Shown here: positions 25,761-39,130 of the stretch, piece after piece
Layout of the letters: every line of letters begins with the position of its first letter
Numbering within the stretch: the first letter of the stretch is position 1
Source: Octopus bimaculoides
Lineage: Eukaryota
Assembly (NCBI RefSeq): GCF_001194135.2
Contig: NC_068983.1
Coordinates: forward strand, 87,262,097-87,326,096
DNA: 64,000 bases
Reading direction: 5' to 3'
Position numbers and translations under genes: made by a program
Notes under the pieces: model-generated
Told to the model about the DNA's origin: nothing
What the model saw: the letters and a program-made list of their open reading frames with translations, nothing else
Databases searched by the model: none

Positions 25761-26633
25761 ATATTTCGCTGCATTCCAAAACCAAGCATGCATAAAGCTT
25801 GGTGTGTTAGTTAAGTGTTTTTGTTAAATAATTTTGGCTGGCTCTGCCCAGACTGATCTATAATAAGGTGTTCAGCTAAATCAGAATGACCCATATATAC
25901 TTGAATATGTTTAACTTCAGTCTGTCCTGGAATCTTGCTATACATTATTCTACCTTGCAGTCAAATGTGTAGAGTATATTGTGAAAGTTAGAACATGTTA
26001 GTTATTTGTGTGTGTTTGAAGACTATTAGGGGTGGTGGTCACATCGACATAGCAAAAAATTTACACAATTGGAATATAATGAATAGTTAGTTCTTTAGGA
26101 TTCATTTCAAGTTGATTTGTTAAGCAAATCAATTTCAAATGATGGTTATGTTTTCAATGTTCTGTATTGTAGAATGTTATTAGGGTGTTGCAACCTTGTT
26201 TCAGAGTATGTAGAGGTTCTCTATGGAACCTCTACACGGTTCCATATGGTTCTCTGAAATAGAAGATCTTTAAATTTGTTGGGTGCTTTTAAGCTTGTGA
26301 ATGACTGATTGATTGCATTTTTAGGAGAGTTGAGTGAAAAGGTACTTTCATGAGTTAAAAAATGTATAATCAAAATCCATAGATATATGTGGAGCGATGT
26401 CATTAATATAGAGGAATATGAAAATTATAAATCTTCAGAGAGATAGCTGAAATAACATGGAAAATACTCTATCACTAGAGAACTCAGTAAAGAAACTGTT
26501 CATCCAAGCAATAAAGATTGAGGTGAAAGAAAAGCTGGCGATAAAAAGAATTGGATGTAGTGTGTAAGAGAGAAGACTGTAGTGGTATTTATTATATTTG
26601 TAATAAATATGGTTTTCTTTTCCATCTCTGCAG

Positions 26634-26708
26634 GAACAACCCGCCATTGCATTGGAGATGATATCATTAAGAGATGATTCTTTTCAGTTTGTTCTGAAAA
26701 ACCTCAAG
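26634..26708 (+). CDS. PTCD2: PTCD2-like exon 7
   Basis: CTGCAG acceptor, weaker GTTACT donor; EQPAIALEMISLRDDSFQFVLKNLK; 75 nt, phase 0/0. Confidence 0.82.
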
Positions 26709-27298
26709 GTTACTCTTTTCTTATTATTGTGCAAACTGTTCAACCAAATATTTTTACTGTTTATCTATAAGAAGACAACTGTTCATTACTTAGCAGAAAA
26801 TGTGCAATTGGTGGTGTTTCTTAAATCATATATAACCTGATATTTTTCCCTTTTGTGTGTATTTCCAAAGTATACTTTTTCTTTTTCTATTACATAATAC
26901 CACATTGTTAAACTTGTATACATTTTCCTAATCATTATCATATTGTTTTCTGTTTCAATGAGTCGAGTATGTAAAATGGAATTTGGTAAAAAATTTTGAA
27001 CTTGGATTTTTCAAGTGAGATACCAGTTTGTGTGAAAGTGACTGAGTATTCCACAGACTCATGCCCTGTTAATGTAATTTTCAAGTAGGATTAATATTAC
27101 ACAATGTGACAAGGCCGGACCTTCAAATTATAGGTACAGCCCATAAGACATACAGTTTCTACTTACCCAATAATGAAAAAAAAAAAATGATTAAAAATTT
27201 ATATTGAATATATATTTAGATTAATGAACCAGAAAAATAGAAAACCAAGAAAATTAGTTAAAAATTATACTGAATTATTTCTCTTGAATCTCTTGCAG

Positions 27299-27412
27299 GC
27301 TTTATGTTATGCTAAACTTAACCGAATTGAAGATACTCTTCCAATACTGCGAAGCATTCTTCAGTGTGATTCTCCTTACAGAAACCGTCAGCTGAAAGTG
27401 TTTCCTGAAGTG
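27299..27412 (+). CDS. PTCD2: PTCD2-like exon 8
   Basis: TTGCAG / GTAAGT; ALCYAKLNRIEDTLPILRSILQCDSPYRNRQLKVFPEV (human ..VFSEEV). Confidence 0.9.
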
Positions 27413-29975
27413 GTAAGTTGATATGTATGATCACTGTCATCATTGTTTTTGTATCCATTTTTCCATGCTGGTATGGGTTAGATGAAACTTAGAGGCAGAT
27501 TTTCTACAGCCTGATTATTTTCTTGTTACAAACTGTTTCCCATATAAAGAATTTTCATTCCACTAGTTATCATACATCAAAAATAACAGCCACTAAATGT
27601 ATGGGGTCTTGTACTTAAAGGGGAATGTAAACAAAGACACTGTTTTTTGTTTAGGGTGTGTTAATGAGGATACATGGAAACAATATTCACACACCCTTCC
27701 ATGCTAGCATGGAAGGTGGATGTTAAACGATGATGATGATGACACAGAGGCACACATACAAAGATACAATGGGCTTCTCAATTTCCACCAATTTCACTTA
27801 CAAAGTTTTGGTTCTCTTGAGAGTATTACAGAAGACATTTGTGGGACTGAACTTGTAGTTAAGTGGTTGCAAGTGAACTTTGTAACTATACAGCCATGCC
27901 TGCACCTATTTAGTGTAATATTGTTAATTTATTATGTGTAGTGTTGATGTGGTGTTAAATTTTGTTATTTCCTTTTGGATGAGAAGGATGGTATGCTAAT
28001 GGCTTAAGTACATTTGAAGTGGAGTTTGAGGAATCTGAAGTCAATGAAGGAGGAAGGACACATGGGAAAGGCATGCAGTAGGGCAATAGTAATATAGCAT
28101 GTAATATATGGTATTGGGTCAATGGAAGGAAAAAACAGTACAAAGTACAAGTTTTCAAAAGTAGAATCATTTTCTTAGTACTGTACAATCAGAAAGGATG
28201 CAGCAAAATAATGGATCAGGAACTGAAGATTTTTCAGTTTGGGTAAAGTTGTTCCTTACTTTGGGATCAATTGTTATCAGGCATTTCCAACTTTGACTTA
28301 TTTTCAAGCATGGTGTGTCTAGGACTACATCATTTAGTGTATCTTTTTTTTTTTTTTTTTAAGATAGTAGGGTGTGATTTTATAAGAATTTGCTATCTTG
28401 TAGCAAACAGAATAACCACATAAAAAATATATCAGTTAGGTGAAAAGCATTTTTCTGAATGTAGAGTATAATGTCAATTACTAAAGGAGGTACACTGTTA
28501 TCACATGAGCAATGAAAAATAGATATCAACATGATTGTGATTTTGAATACATGTTAATGCTACATATTTAAGTCCTGCAGAAGTTCAATAGTTACTCAGA
28601 GGTGATACAACTCTTTGTTCTCAGGAGAAAAATCATGTTTTGCACAGTTTTCACAATGTTAAATTCTGTAACTGATATTAATGGTGTTTTTGTAAAAGTA
28701 TGTAGCATAATGTAATTAGTAATACCACAAATAGTAGTATGATATTAACTGTTAATAAATGATTAAATTACTTATGATATTTATTTTCATCTCTCACTGT
28801 TTGGGTCGCTAGTACAAGTTTTCTAGTCTTCTACTAAGATTGATTCAAATATGTAGCCTTGTACTTATGTAGTACATATTATTGCAGTAATTTTACTAAT
28901 CTTTTGTTATTGCAAAAAGTATTAGAATGCAATTTGTTGTTTCATACAGATCTTTGAAAGATAATGGCTAGCTTATTGACCTGTTAATATACAAGCATAT
29001 TATTGGCTTGCTAATTTAAATACAATTCTTGTTGGAGTATCAAAATAATCTTTTCTTGTGGAACATTTCTCATCTCCCCAGCATTAAAGAGATAAGTAAT
29101 AGCTTTCCTTTTGGGTTGACTATATTGTTAGAGAATAGTTGCCCTCATGAACTTCTTTTTAATATCTAGTGATATAAAATAGAAGCAGTAAAGTTATCTG
29201 CCTTGCTCAATGATGCTATTGCTGATCTTTATTCTATCTTGAAAAAAAAAAAAATCATTTAATCATTTCCTCACACAAATTTCAGACGATGGCATAGCTG
29301 TACATTTAAGAAGTTTCTTCACAAACTGAAGATCCTGGGTTTGATTCCACTATGTGGCATCTGGGGAAAATGCCTTTTACTATAGCCTTAGGTTAACCAA
29401 AACTTTGTGTATGAAATTGGGTAGATGGAAACTGCATGGAATCCTGTTGAATGGATTGTAGCTGTAATTGAAAAGTGCAACTTTGTGATACACACAGTGT
29501 CACTCTCATATCTGGTTACATAGTTATGCTAACAGTAAATATGTGTGCAGAGTTCTCAGCCACTTACATGTCAGTTTAGCAAATAAGGAATTCAATTGAT
29601 CAAATGCTTGGTGTTGAAATTGATGGAGGAATCCTAATTTGCATTTCTCTAGAATTTCACTTCATCTGAGCCTCTTGCTAGATATTAACTTTTGTTATAT
29701 ACACATGAAAGCTTGTGATTTAGTAGAGTAATTTGTTATCACATATGCATTTTCGCAAGAGTATTATTGACATGAGTAGCAGTTCAAAATATGAATAAAA
29801 AAAGGCTTGCAGATTTTATTTATCAAGAACATAGCAAAACTTCTACTTAGTATAGATTTCTCATATAGACACACAAGATGTCAGATATATAGGAGAGCTT
29901 GAAGTGGTGTAACAGTGATAATTTTTGCCTGAGTTCTAAGATATGGGGTAAATATTTTTAGATATACTTATTTAA

Positions 29976-30355
29976 ACATAATGACTTCTAGGGACACTGT
30001 ATTTCATTATGCAACCATAATATATTACAAAGTATATTAAATGTTTTATGAGTCAATACTGTATCCTACTGTGTTAGCAGTGCTATTAAATCACTTTTTA
30101 TGGTTATCTCTACAGATTTTCTATAGAAATTATTGCCAGCATTGATTTGTTACGACATCTTGTGTCCAAATATATCTAATGTAAACAACAATGTGATCGA
30201 AGATGGAAAAATAGGTAATGGGTGCACATGCCATATTTCAGGAGTTTTCACTCCTTTGTCAGCACTGTATCCAACTCATTAACCATCCATGAACACATTG
30301 TAGTATATTATGGTTGCATTACGAAATATAGTGTCCCTACAAGTCATTACTATGT
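29976..30355. mobile_element. ~380-bp MITE-like foldback element
   Basis: ~58-bp imperfect inverted arms at 29976-30033 and 30295-30355 (AATGACTT.TAGGGACACT.TATTTC.T.ATGCAACCATAATATA). Confidence 0.7.
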
Positions 30356-30490
30356 ATGTACCAGCTGTCAGGAATGTGTTTAATATGTAAAATTGGTATA
30401 TCCAATAATGTTACATTGCTATATTTAGTGGCTATTTAGTGGCTATTTGGGTGTGGTGTTGAAGGAGCAAGAACTGAAATATGGCATATA

Positions 30491-31690
30491 CAAAGGGTGT
30501 TCATTAAAGATTTCCCCTGACTGACTTCCCAAGGACTGGGATAAACAGAACTTGGTAGCCTTTCTCTACATAGCCACCACCAGTGGTGGCACACTTCTCC
30601 CATTGCTTTATGCAGCTGTGAAGACCTCATCTGTAGAAGTTGGTAGGTTGCATCTAGAGCTAAGACTTTACTTTGGAAATAAGTTCATCTTCTAAAAAGT
30701 GCTTCCCCTTGAAAAAACACTTCATAGCTGGAAAGAGGTGGAAGTCAGATGATGTGAGGTTGGGAGAGTAGGAAGGATTGTGCTTTCATCTGGGTAACAT
30801 ACGCATTGTGAACTGGGGTGTTGTCTTGGAGGAGGCGGACTCCTTTGGTCAGTATGCCATGCTTCACTGCTTTGATGGCATCCTGCAATTTCTGCAGCAG
30901 AGAAGCATAATATGCCTTTTGTCAGAAAACCTATCATCACTACTCCATGCTGGTCCCAAAAGACTATGACCCTCACCTTGCCTGCTGTGGGTTGGACACA
31001 AGCTTTCTTTGGAGGTGGTGAGTTATCATGCTTCTATTGCTTCGACTGGACTTTAGTCTCAGGATCGTAGTGATGGACCCATGTTTTATCCTGTGTGATA
31101 AGTCTGCTGAAAAAGTCCTCCTAATTTTCTTGGCACATTGCCAAAAGAGCCTGGGAGCAATTGACTCATTTCTGCTTCTGTGAGCAACTGAGGAATCCAT
31201 CATGAAGACAACTTCTACATGTGCAAATGGTCATGAATGATTTTTTTCCACAGACCCTACACTTATCTTAACTTTTTGGGCTAGTCACCAAATAGTTATG
31301 CGGTGATCCTCCAAAATGGTGGTTTCTGCTTTATGGATGGTGTTGTCATGAAAGGCAGAATATGGTCGTCCAGGAATAGGAGCAGTTTCCACCAATGTCT
31401 AACCACATTTGAACTGGCATGCCAGTGCTTGACTACATTGTATGATGGTGCATCGTCACCATTAACTTTTTCCATCTCATCAAAAGTCTCTTTTCGTGTA
31501 TGATCTTTCAAGTATAAGAACTTGATCACTAATCCACTGAACTTGATCCACTTCAGCTGCTGTAAAAGACAAATGAATACAGGTGGAAAGCTGCAATTTA
31601 CAATGCGACATGTAGAGACATGTATGATTATACATGTACAAGTTGTTTCCTGCAATAATCGGCAGTGGTTCAGGGGAAATCTTTGCCTTG
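30491..31690 (-). mobile_element. Mariner-family DNA transposon, degenerate, antisense in PTCD2 intron 8
   Basis: TA flanks at 30489-90 and 31691-92; TIR core AAAGATTTCCCCTG / CAGGGGAAATCTTT; transposase motifs VIKFLYLK..GDDAPSY, QDKTWVHHYDPETK, VIVFWD. Confidence 0.92.
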
Positions 31691-32213
31691 TATTAGATGT
31701 AATCAGATACAAAACATCGTAACAAATTAGCACTGGCTTTATTTTCTATAGAAAAATCTGTAGGAGTCTTGTACTTATACATACTTCATAGCTATTTTGG
31801 GAAATACGGGGAGTTTGTGTTTTAGTGATATTAGAATAAAACCAAAACATCCTGCATTTTATCTTAATCTCTGAGAAAATGGAAATAATAGTCATTGATT
31901 AATATCATTTTATTTTATATTCACCTAGCACTAACAATATTTTCTTATACTGTGTGTTGATACATAGTACTGCATATTTGATGACAAATATTCACTTTAA
32001 ACAGGCTGTAGTACTTTTGTAAAATAAACTTAGATAAAGCACAATATTATTTGCTTTTCACTAACTTGACTATTATTTTTCATGTGGATGGTGCTTCTGT
32101 GTAATTTCATTCAGCTACAATAGGTTTTGATATCTGTTTGTGTACAATACTGTATATCAATATAGTGATAGTCTTATTACTAATATAGCAAGTACGGAAA
32201 AGGATATTTTTTA

Positions 32214-32244
32214 TTGATGAGGTCTAATAAGACCAAAACATGTC
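32214..32244 (+). ncRNA. Decayed minimal type-I hammerhead ribozyme-like motif
   Basis: TTGATGA-GGTC-TAATAA-GACC-AAAA-CATG-TC versus consensus CTGATGA-stemII-GAAA-CATG-TC. Two core substitutions and a weak stem I. Confidence 0.4.
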
Positions 32245-32407
32245 AAAAGTTGTTAAAATTATTGAGCTAATATTTTATTTTTCTCACTGCATAAGCAATA
32301 TTAAAAAGAATTTTCTTTCTATACTCCATGAAGTAAATAGGATTTATCCCCCTTCAATAGTGCAAAATTAAGTTCTGTAAATTTTTTCCTTTACGTTTTA
32401 ATTTCAG

Positions 32408-32656
32408 TTAAATGTAATACATTCTGCAGCTGAAAATCATGGTGATCCAGTTTTTAAACAAACTCTGGAAACTATTGAACTTTCCTTCAAGGCTGGCGGT
32501 CTTATCAGTGATGTACTTCTGGAAGATTTCATTACTCAAAGAATAGTTAGAACACGACAACCACAGAACAGTTTTAAAGCTCGAGGACGTTCCACAGTTG
32601 ATGGTTATCGAAGTCGCCAAAGCAAAACAGTTCGATCAAGATCCAATGTTATTTAG
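32408..32656 (+). CDS. PTCD2: PTCD2-like exon 9 (terminal coding exon)
   Basis: TTTCAG acceptor; 82 codons to TAG. Joined CDS is 1191 nt = 396 aa, close to the human length. Confidence 0.88.
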   Translation, partial: LNVIHSAAENHGDPVFKQTLETIELSFKAGGLISDVLLEDFITQRIVRTRQPQNSFKARGRSTVDGYRSRQSKTVRSRSNVI

Positions 32657-32685
32657 TCTCTTTAGGAATGTTTATTTTTGTGTTT

Positions 32686-32691
32686 AATAAA
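32686..32691 (+). terminator. Candidate PTCD2 polyadenylation signal AATAAA
   Basis: AATAAA 30 nt after the stop codon, followed by U-rich sequence. Confidence 0.5.
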
Positions 32692-33796
32692 TTCTACTCC
32701 AATTCTGAATAGAAATATGTAGGATTTTCTTTCTTATGATAGCATGCTATTAATTTCATTCATTAAATAATACATTTTTTTCATGACATCATGTTTCTTT
32801 ATTGATTCTCTCTGGTAGTTTTTTTTATTTTGATTTTTATTCAATAAGTGTCTGAAACAGAATCAAGCCAGACAGAGAACTTCTCTATAATTTCAAAACC
32901 TACCTTGTGCCAATGCCACCATAAAATGCACCCAGACACTCTGCAAGACGGGTGTGTCACATTAGAAAAGGTTTCTTGCTGTAGAATCCATGTCAAAAAT
33001 GAAATATCTTGAGTGAGGCATGGTTTTTCAACCCATCCAAGAGGGAAGTAATACTGATTCAATTTGCATTAACTCATCTAACCCCTGCCAGCTGACTTAA
33101 AAAAATAATGAGGATAATGAATTTAATGTGCAGTGGTGTGGAAAACGTTTGAAACAAACAAACAAGAATTTGAATTATCAAATATTTTGTTCTTTATTGA
33201 AAATTATTTGGATAAATGTTTAAAGGTTTCGTAGGAAATGATAACTATTCACTTAATCCAGTGTTGACATTTAAACTCTTTGATTTGTTAGTGTACATTA
33301 AATACAGGTTATAAAAAAACAATGACTTGTATAGTTTATTAACTAATTCTTTTGGTCAATACTTTATCTTTTCCATCAAAGAAAACAGTAGAAAACTTAA
33401 AGAAAGGAGACACTAAGGTACACAGAAGTAAATCAATAACTTTTGAAGAAGTTGTAATGCAAGTTTCCTGTAGCCATTTATCCAATAACATTTGCTGTTT
33501 TATGCACCATTTCCTGGGCACTGTTCCATGTCTTAATCACTTCAAGTATGTGGAATGGTCTGAGCATTGAGACACTTCACACTAGTGTACAAATTTTTCA
33601 GTGTTCTTTAGTGTGGAAATTTCTATTCTTTTCATAAGTTAGATATAGAGGTGGGGGTGTTAGTTTTTAGCTGTGTGTGTATGCATATTACCAAACCATT
33701 CAAAACAGTTCAGCTTTTTTGTTTTTACTCAAATTATTGTTATTTAAAGCAGAACTTTTGGTCATTTAGTTGATCTAAATGTTGATATTTTATTCT

Positions 33797-33982
33797 TCAG
33801 TTTGTTGTTTCTGATAGCATTTTAGTTGTAATTTCCCAAAGACATGTAGGCTGAACAAAATTATTATCTACTAAATTAACAAGTTGGTAGTTCTCATGGA
33901 AATAGTCTATCAGTTTGTATGACTTTGAACTGGGGTCATACAAGTCACGCCAGTTCGTTCTCCATAAACTGAATGCTTCTTC
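33797..33982 (-). CDS. MTHFR: MTHFR terminal coding exon
   Basis: TTTTAG acceptor; EEAFSLWRTNWRDLYDPSSKSYKLIDYFHENYQLVNLVDNNFVQPTCLWEI..* matches human DEAFALW..YFLVNLVDNDF..CLW. Confidence 0.95.
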   Translation of the reverse strand, partial: EEAFSLWRTNWRDLYDPSSKSYKLIDYFHENYQLVNLVDNNFVQPTCLWEITTKMLSETTN

Positions 33983-34149
33983 CTAAAAAAGAAAAATTAA
34001 ATTGTTTTCAATATAGTGATTAAAAAACAATTAACTATAGTAAAAATATAACGATTTCTTTATATGTGTTTCTCTGGCTTAGGACATGGCAATATTTTGG
34101 TGGGATATGGGATGTAAGTTATGTAACAAGTGAATATAACTTCTTTTGT

Positions 34150-34840
34150 GGGGTAGTGTCAAAATGGGGTGTTAACTGCTAGAGTAAGAATAGGATAGTT
34201 AAAGTTCAGAGAGCTTTTACCTCTGTTGGCAACCAAATGTGTTTCTCTCCAAGTGAAAGGTAAATTGTATGATGCATGTGTACAAACTTCGATGTTGCAT
34301 AGTAGTGAGATGAGGGCCCTGAATGTGAAGGCAGAAGAGGAATAAAGTTGGTATGCTCCACTGGCTGGGTGACAGAGCATTGGTGTATTGAGAGAGAAGT
34401 TGGGCATCAAAGGAACTAGATGCAGTGTGCAGGAGAGGAGACTGCTAGTTTGACTATGTGATGGATGGGGATGGTTGCATAAAGAAGTGCTGATCGCTTT
34501 AAGTGGAGGGAAATTGTGAAGAGGGGAAACGACTCAGGAAAACTTGGGGTGGATTATTGAAGGCCAATCTGAAAACACTGAACCTTAAGGAGATGACAGA
34601 GGAGCAAGATATGTGGTGCATTGCTGTACTTGAGAAGACTCGCCCACCACAACAAAATAGAGATCCTTAAACCAAGCAACACATAAAAAGTGTTGGTGCC
34701 ATGTTAAAAGTACACTATGTGGAGTGATTGACATTAAAAAAGATATCCAACTGTAGAAACATGGCCTTGCCAGAGTTCCTGTCAAGCCATCTAACACATG
34801 CTAGTATGGAAAACGAATGATAAATGTTGATGATGATTAC
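34150..34840 (+). mobile_element. RTE LINE 3' fragment in the last MTHFR intron
   Basis: Homologous to 24.9-25.7 kb (RVRIG..KFRELLPLL..KGKLYDACV) with a GAT tail. Confidence 0.8.
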
Positions 34841-35696
34841 GGTTAGTTGACAATCGGTTCTTTTATTTTAGTTGTCCTGTACAATTGTCCAAACAATATA
34901 TAAGTATCTAAGTTTGCAAAATTCCAGCCCAACATTGTTAGCTGTTAAAAGTATATGAACAGAAAATAATCATCATTTACCATCCCTATTTCATGCTGGC
35001 ATGGGCTGGGTGGTTTGGCAGAATCCAACAGATCAGAGGACTGTTGAGCTCCAATCGTTTTTATGGATGGATGCTTTTCCTAATGCCAGCCACTTTATAA
35101 AGTGTATTGCATGCTTATAAAGAGAAATCTGATAATTTTTTGAAGAAGTTTAAATGAAATAATAAATCAGGGTAATGTTTTAGCATGCTATTTCATAATA
35201 TTGACTTCTCACATTGGACAAAACCATAAATTTTGGATAAAGTATAGCCAATTATGTTGACCCAGTACTTGACAGCTACTTTATTTTATCCATTCTATGA
35301 AAAGCAAATTCAACTGGCAGGATTTGAACTTAGAGAATTAATACTGTCAGGTGTTTTGGTTGACACTGCTCTGTGTTATTTCATAATATTGAAAATACAA
35401 AATTGGCTCATCAGTTTAGATTGGCCAGTCTTGTGACATCTTGAAATATAGCTAGAAAGGAGAAGGACTATATGAAATAAGCAATTCTGAAAGTTTGTTT
35501 ATAAAAATTTTTAAAATGGCAGGGTTCTGAATTAAGAAAAGGCAGGTTCAATATACAGTATTTCACCACATTCAAACCCATTGATACATAGACATAATTT
35601 TTTCGCTCATAGTCCAACTGGATAAATATAAAAGAAGTTCTGATCAGACATTTTACAGAATACTCATTCATTAGAAAATGGTTTTGCTTAACTTAC

Positions 35697-35819
35697 TTTC
35701 CAAATTTTGAAAGCAATAGGATCAACAACAGTGGGCTGGATTATTTCCATTCCTGGAAATACTCCCCATGTAACAGCTATTGGTTGAGTTTCATCACAGT
35801 TGGTATAATCCATATCACC
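35697..35819 (-). CDS. MTHFR: MTHFR penultimate coding exon
   Basis: CCCAG / GTAAGT; [41 protein letters not shown] matches human [30 protein letters not shown]. Confidence 0.97.
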
Positions 35820-36567
35820 CTGGGACATACAAAAGATCAGTTTATACACTGAATTAGAGAAATACATAATAGTTCAGTTAGATTATTGAAGTGTTTAAGT
35901 TCAGTTGCTAAAATGAGTAAAGAATCTAACATTTTGGTTCCTTGTCCTTTCTCTCGAGAAGTAAAGAACAGAGATAGAGGGGAAAGTAGTATTGTTGCTT
36001 TAACTGCATCAATATTCTTGGAGTCCAGTTTTTATCCAGTGAAGTTATTATTTTGCAAGCATTCAATTTGACTGTGATAAACACAGAGCCTATACACCAT
36101 AAGTTTTCATTTAAACCAATTGATCACAGTAAGCATGAAATGACCTTTCAAGTATAGTGCTGAAATTCACTTCAAATCCACTGCAGGTGTCTTGTTATAT
36201 ATTTCTGAATTTAATTTTAGGTGCCCATCACCATCAATTGCCAGGAATAGATACATGAATCAGTTGGAATTATTTCTTGAAATAGGGCAGAGTCTAGAAA
36301 GAGATCTAGTTCTAATCCATTTTATATTATAAAACCAAACTTAACCACTGTCATTTAAAAGTTCAATAGGATCTGAGAGACATTTGCTTTGTAAAAATTA
36401 TTCACAGCTTATGGGCCTGCCTTGTCACGAATGTGAAGAGTATTTTGTATCCATTTTGCAGGACATATCTCCATAAAATACTTATTACTTGAATTAATGT
36501 AAATATTAATTATTCTAAAATATTTTCTGACAATTTCAAAAAGGTAATTAATAAATCGAAAACTTAC

Positions 36568-36666
36568 CTGACTGTTCCCAATATGATAATTGACCTGAGG
36601 ATAGTTAACTAAGAGTTTCTTCAAAACTTCGACATTTTCTTTTGAAGTGAAAAACTCAAGATAGGC
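36568..36666 (-). CDS. MTHFR: MTHFR third-from-last coding exon
   Basis: TAAAG / GTAAGT; AYLEFFTSKENVEVLKKLLVNYPQVNYHIGNSQ matches human AYLEFFTSRE..VNYH. Confidence 0.96.
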
Positions 36667-38419
36667 CTTTAAGATATGGAAAAAAAGAAAGAAAAAAAGT
36701 TCTTTTTTTTGCAAAGGAAATATTCAAGAAAGATTTTATGCATGGTAGATCAATATATTCCTTTTAATATGTGAAACTAATACTGAGATTAATTAATTTG
36801 AACTAATACTGAGATTAATTTTCCACTTGTGCTAGCATGGGTAGTATATTTGATGATGATTTGCAAATACTGGATATTTTCTTTATTACTTTAAAAAAAA
36901 TTGGCAGAACTTCTGGTCTTCTAATGCTCACTTGCATTGAATGTTTCAAATGTTCAGACAGGTCTAGTTAGAATGCTTGTTAGCAGGAGGAGATAGGGAC
37001 AGGGAGAGAATTTATTTTTGCTAGACTGCAGATTTAAAAATCATTCTTTCTTTAGTCATGTTATTGCCAGTTGGTTGAGTCATTTGCTTGATTTTTCCTT
37101 ATTAGAGGTATCCATCAATGGGTGGTCAGATATATTAACTACTAATGATCTAACCAGTGAGAACAATCTTTTGTTTCCACTTACAGTTGTGGAGTAAACT
37201 TAACCCTTCAATTTAACAAACCATGCCAGTCATGTCTAGGTTCCCAATCTCTACACAAACTTCAAAGAACCTTGTTATAAGCCAACCAGAGAACCTCTAA
37301 GTGGTCACTCGAACTGCCAGATATAACCATCAAATCTACCTTAAATTATATCCTGTTATTTAAAAAAAAGATAAGTTGCAGGTAATCATACACAATAATG
37401 ACTAAAACAAGCTAAAAATACTCAAAATGGACCACTAAGATATGCTATGAGCAAGGTTTGCTGCTATGGCAAACTTTACTGAATATTTTTCTACATGTAG
37501 TTGTGTGAGCAAGAAAGGAATGAATGAACAGAGACAATGTAGGAAAGATGGGACTATACTCTTGTGGGAACGAAGCAACCTCACTAGTGCAGCTGCTGTT
37601 GACAGCTCATATTGCCATTGGTTAAATATTTTTGATCACATGTAAAGATTTTAAGCTTTGATATTAATTATAACCAATCTGTGATGGTCAAAAAAGAGCA
37701 AAGAAAAGTTCTGAAAATTTGGTTCATTCAACACATTGTTTTCTCTCTCCACAAGCATTAGATCTCCAACAAAGAACTCTATTGGGTCATGTTTGGATGT
37801 AGTTCAAGCTACCATTTTTCATCCAATGGAATAGCCACTTTTCGTGCAGTCATGCAATTCTTCAGTTCTTTCATGTTTAATATATATAGTAACTGGCGGT
37901 GCCCCAGTATGGCCACAGCTCATGAGCTGAAACTAGATAAAATGAAAAAATGATAGTCTGGATTTCTCGTTTACATACAGATTATCACCTTTGTGGTAGG
38001 GTTCTATGCCCCACTACAAACCCATAATAAAACAATTCTCTCACATTTGCATCTCACTCACTCTGTCTTTTTGTTGGTATGAGAAGAATGCTTTCACTCT
38101 TGAAGTATCCATGCTTCAATTGGACACATATATTATTGCCTCTCATTCTTTGAGTTAATATACACGAATATAAAGACACATACATGAATATCTTTATGTA
38201 ATATAACTTTTGTTTATCAATCATTCAAATAGGGTTTTTCTGAACATGTTTCCTATCAATCATTTGTGATTAATAGATATGTTGATGATTAGCACACAAT
38301 CTGTCTTTACAACCTCAAGTACATACTTAATAAACTCATATCATCAAAACATAGTGGGAAGAAAATAAGTTCTCTAGCACCCATAACATGGATAAAATTT
38401 ATCCAGACATAATGAAATT

Positions 38420-39130
38420 GCTGGATACAGTACTCAGGTGCACTACAACTGAAAAAAAAAAAAGAGAGGCATTTGATGTACTGTTGGTGAGTTTCAGGAA
38501 GCATGGAAATTTTGTAGGATGTAGTGTCTGAACAGTTAACAACTAATACAGGTAGTTTATTCCATGCTTTAGCAATTCTGAGTGTGAAAAAATGTTTCTG
38601 GAAGTCATGGGTGCTGTGTTGTTTTTTGATTTTGTAAGCATGTCCGCAAGTGCTTGACATATGGAATTCTATAAGGTGCCCATGTTTGTTGTTGGAAAGA
38701 TGGTGGATAATCTTGTGGGTGTCTACCAAGTCAATTGCCAGATGTCTGAGCTTTAATGTGTCCATATTCAGTGAAACAAGACATTCAGAGTATGGTAGAT
38801 GCCTGATGATGGGTATTTGCTTGGTTGCATGTTTCTGGACAATTTCCAGGAGATTGATATGCTGAGCAAGATAGTCCAGACTGGTGATGCAAACTCTTAG
38901 TGTGGATGTACTATAGTCATACACAGTTTTAAATAGATAGCTGGAGAGTGGCTGACAAAAGTCTTACTGAGTGATGTTCAGACACCCTCAGACTTCTTGA
39001 TTATCTTAGAGATGTGGTTTGTCCAATGCAGATCACTGTTTACAGTATTACTCAGATCACATTCACTAACGGATTTCTTAAGATTGGTGTTGTTGAGGGA
39101 GAATGTAAAAGTTGGGTTCTTATGAAGAGT
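38420..39130 (-). mobile_element. CR1/L2-group LINE 3' fragment
   Basis: LAQHINLLEIVQKHATKQIPIIRHLPYSECL..LKLRHLAIDL..FFTLRIAKAWNKLP is the typical CR1/L2 C-terminal pattern. Confidence 0.85.

Noticed and set aside
33339-33570. Overlapping ORFs between PTCD2 and MTHFR as a small gene
   Set aside because: Short, with no splice or promoter support; probably UTR or decayed repeat.
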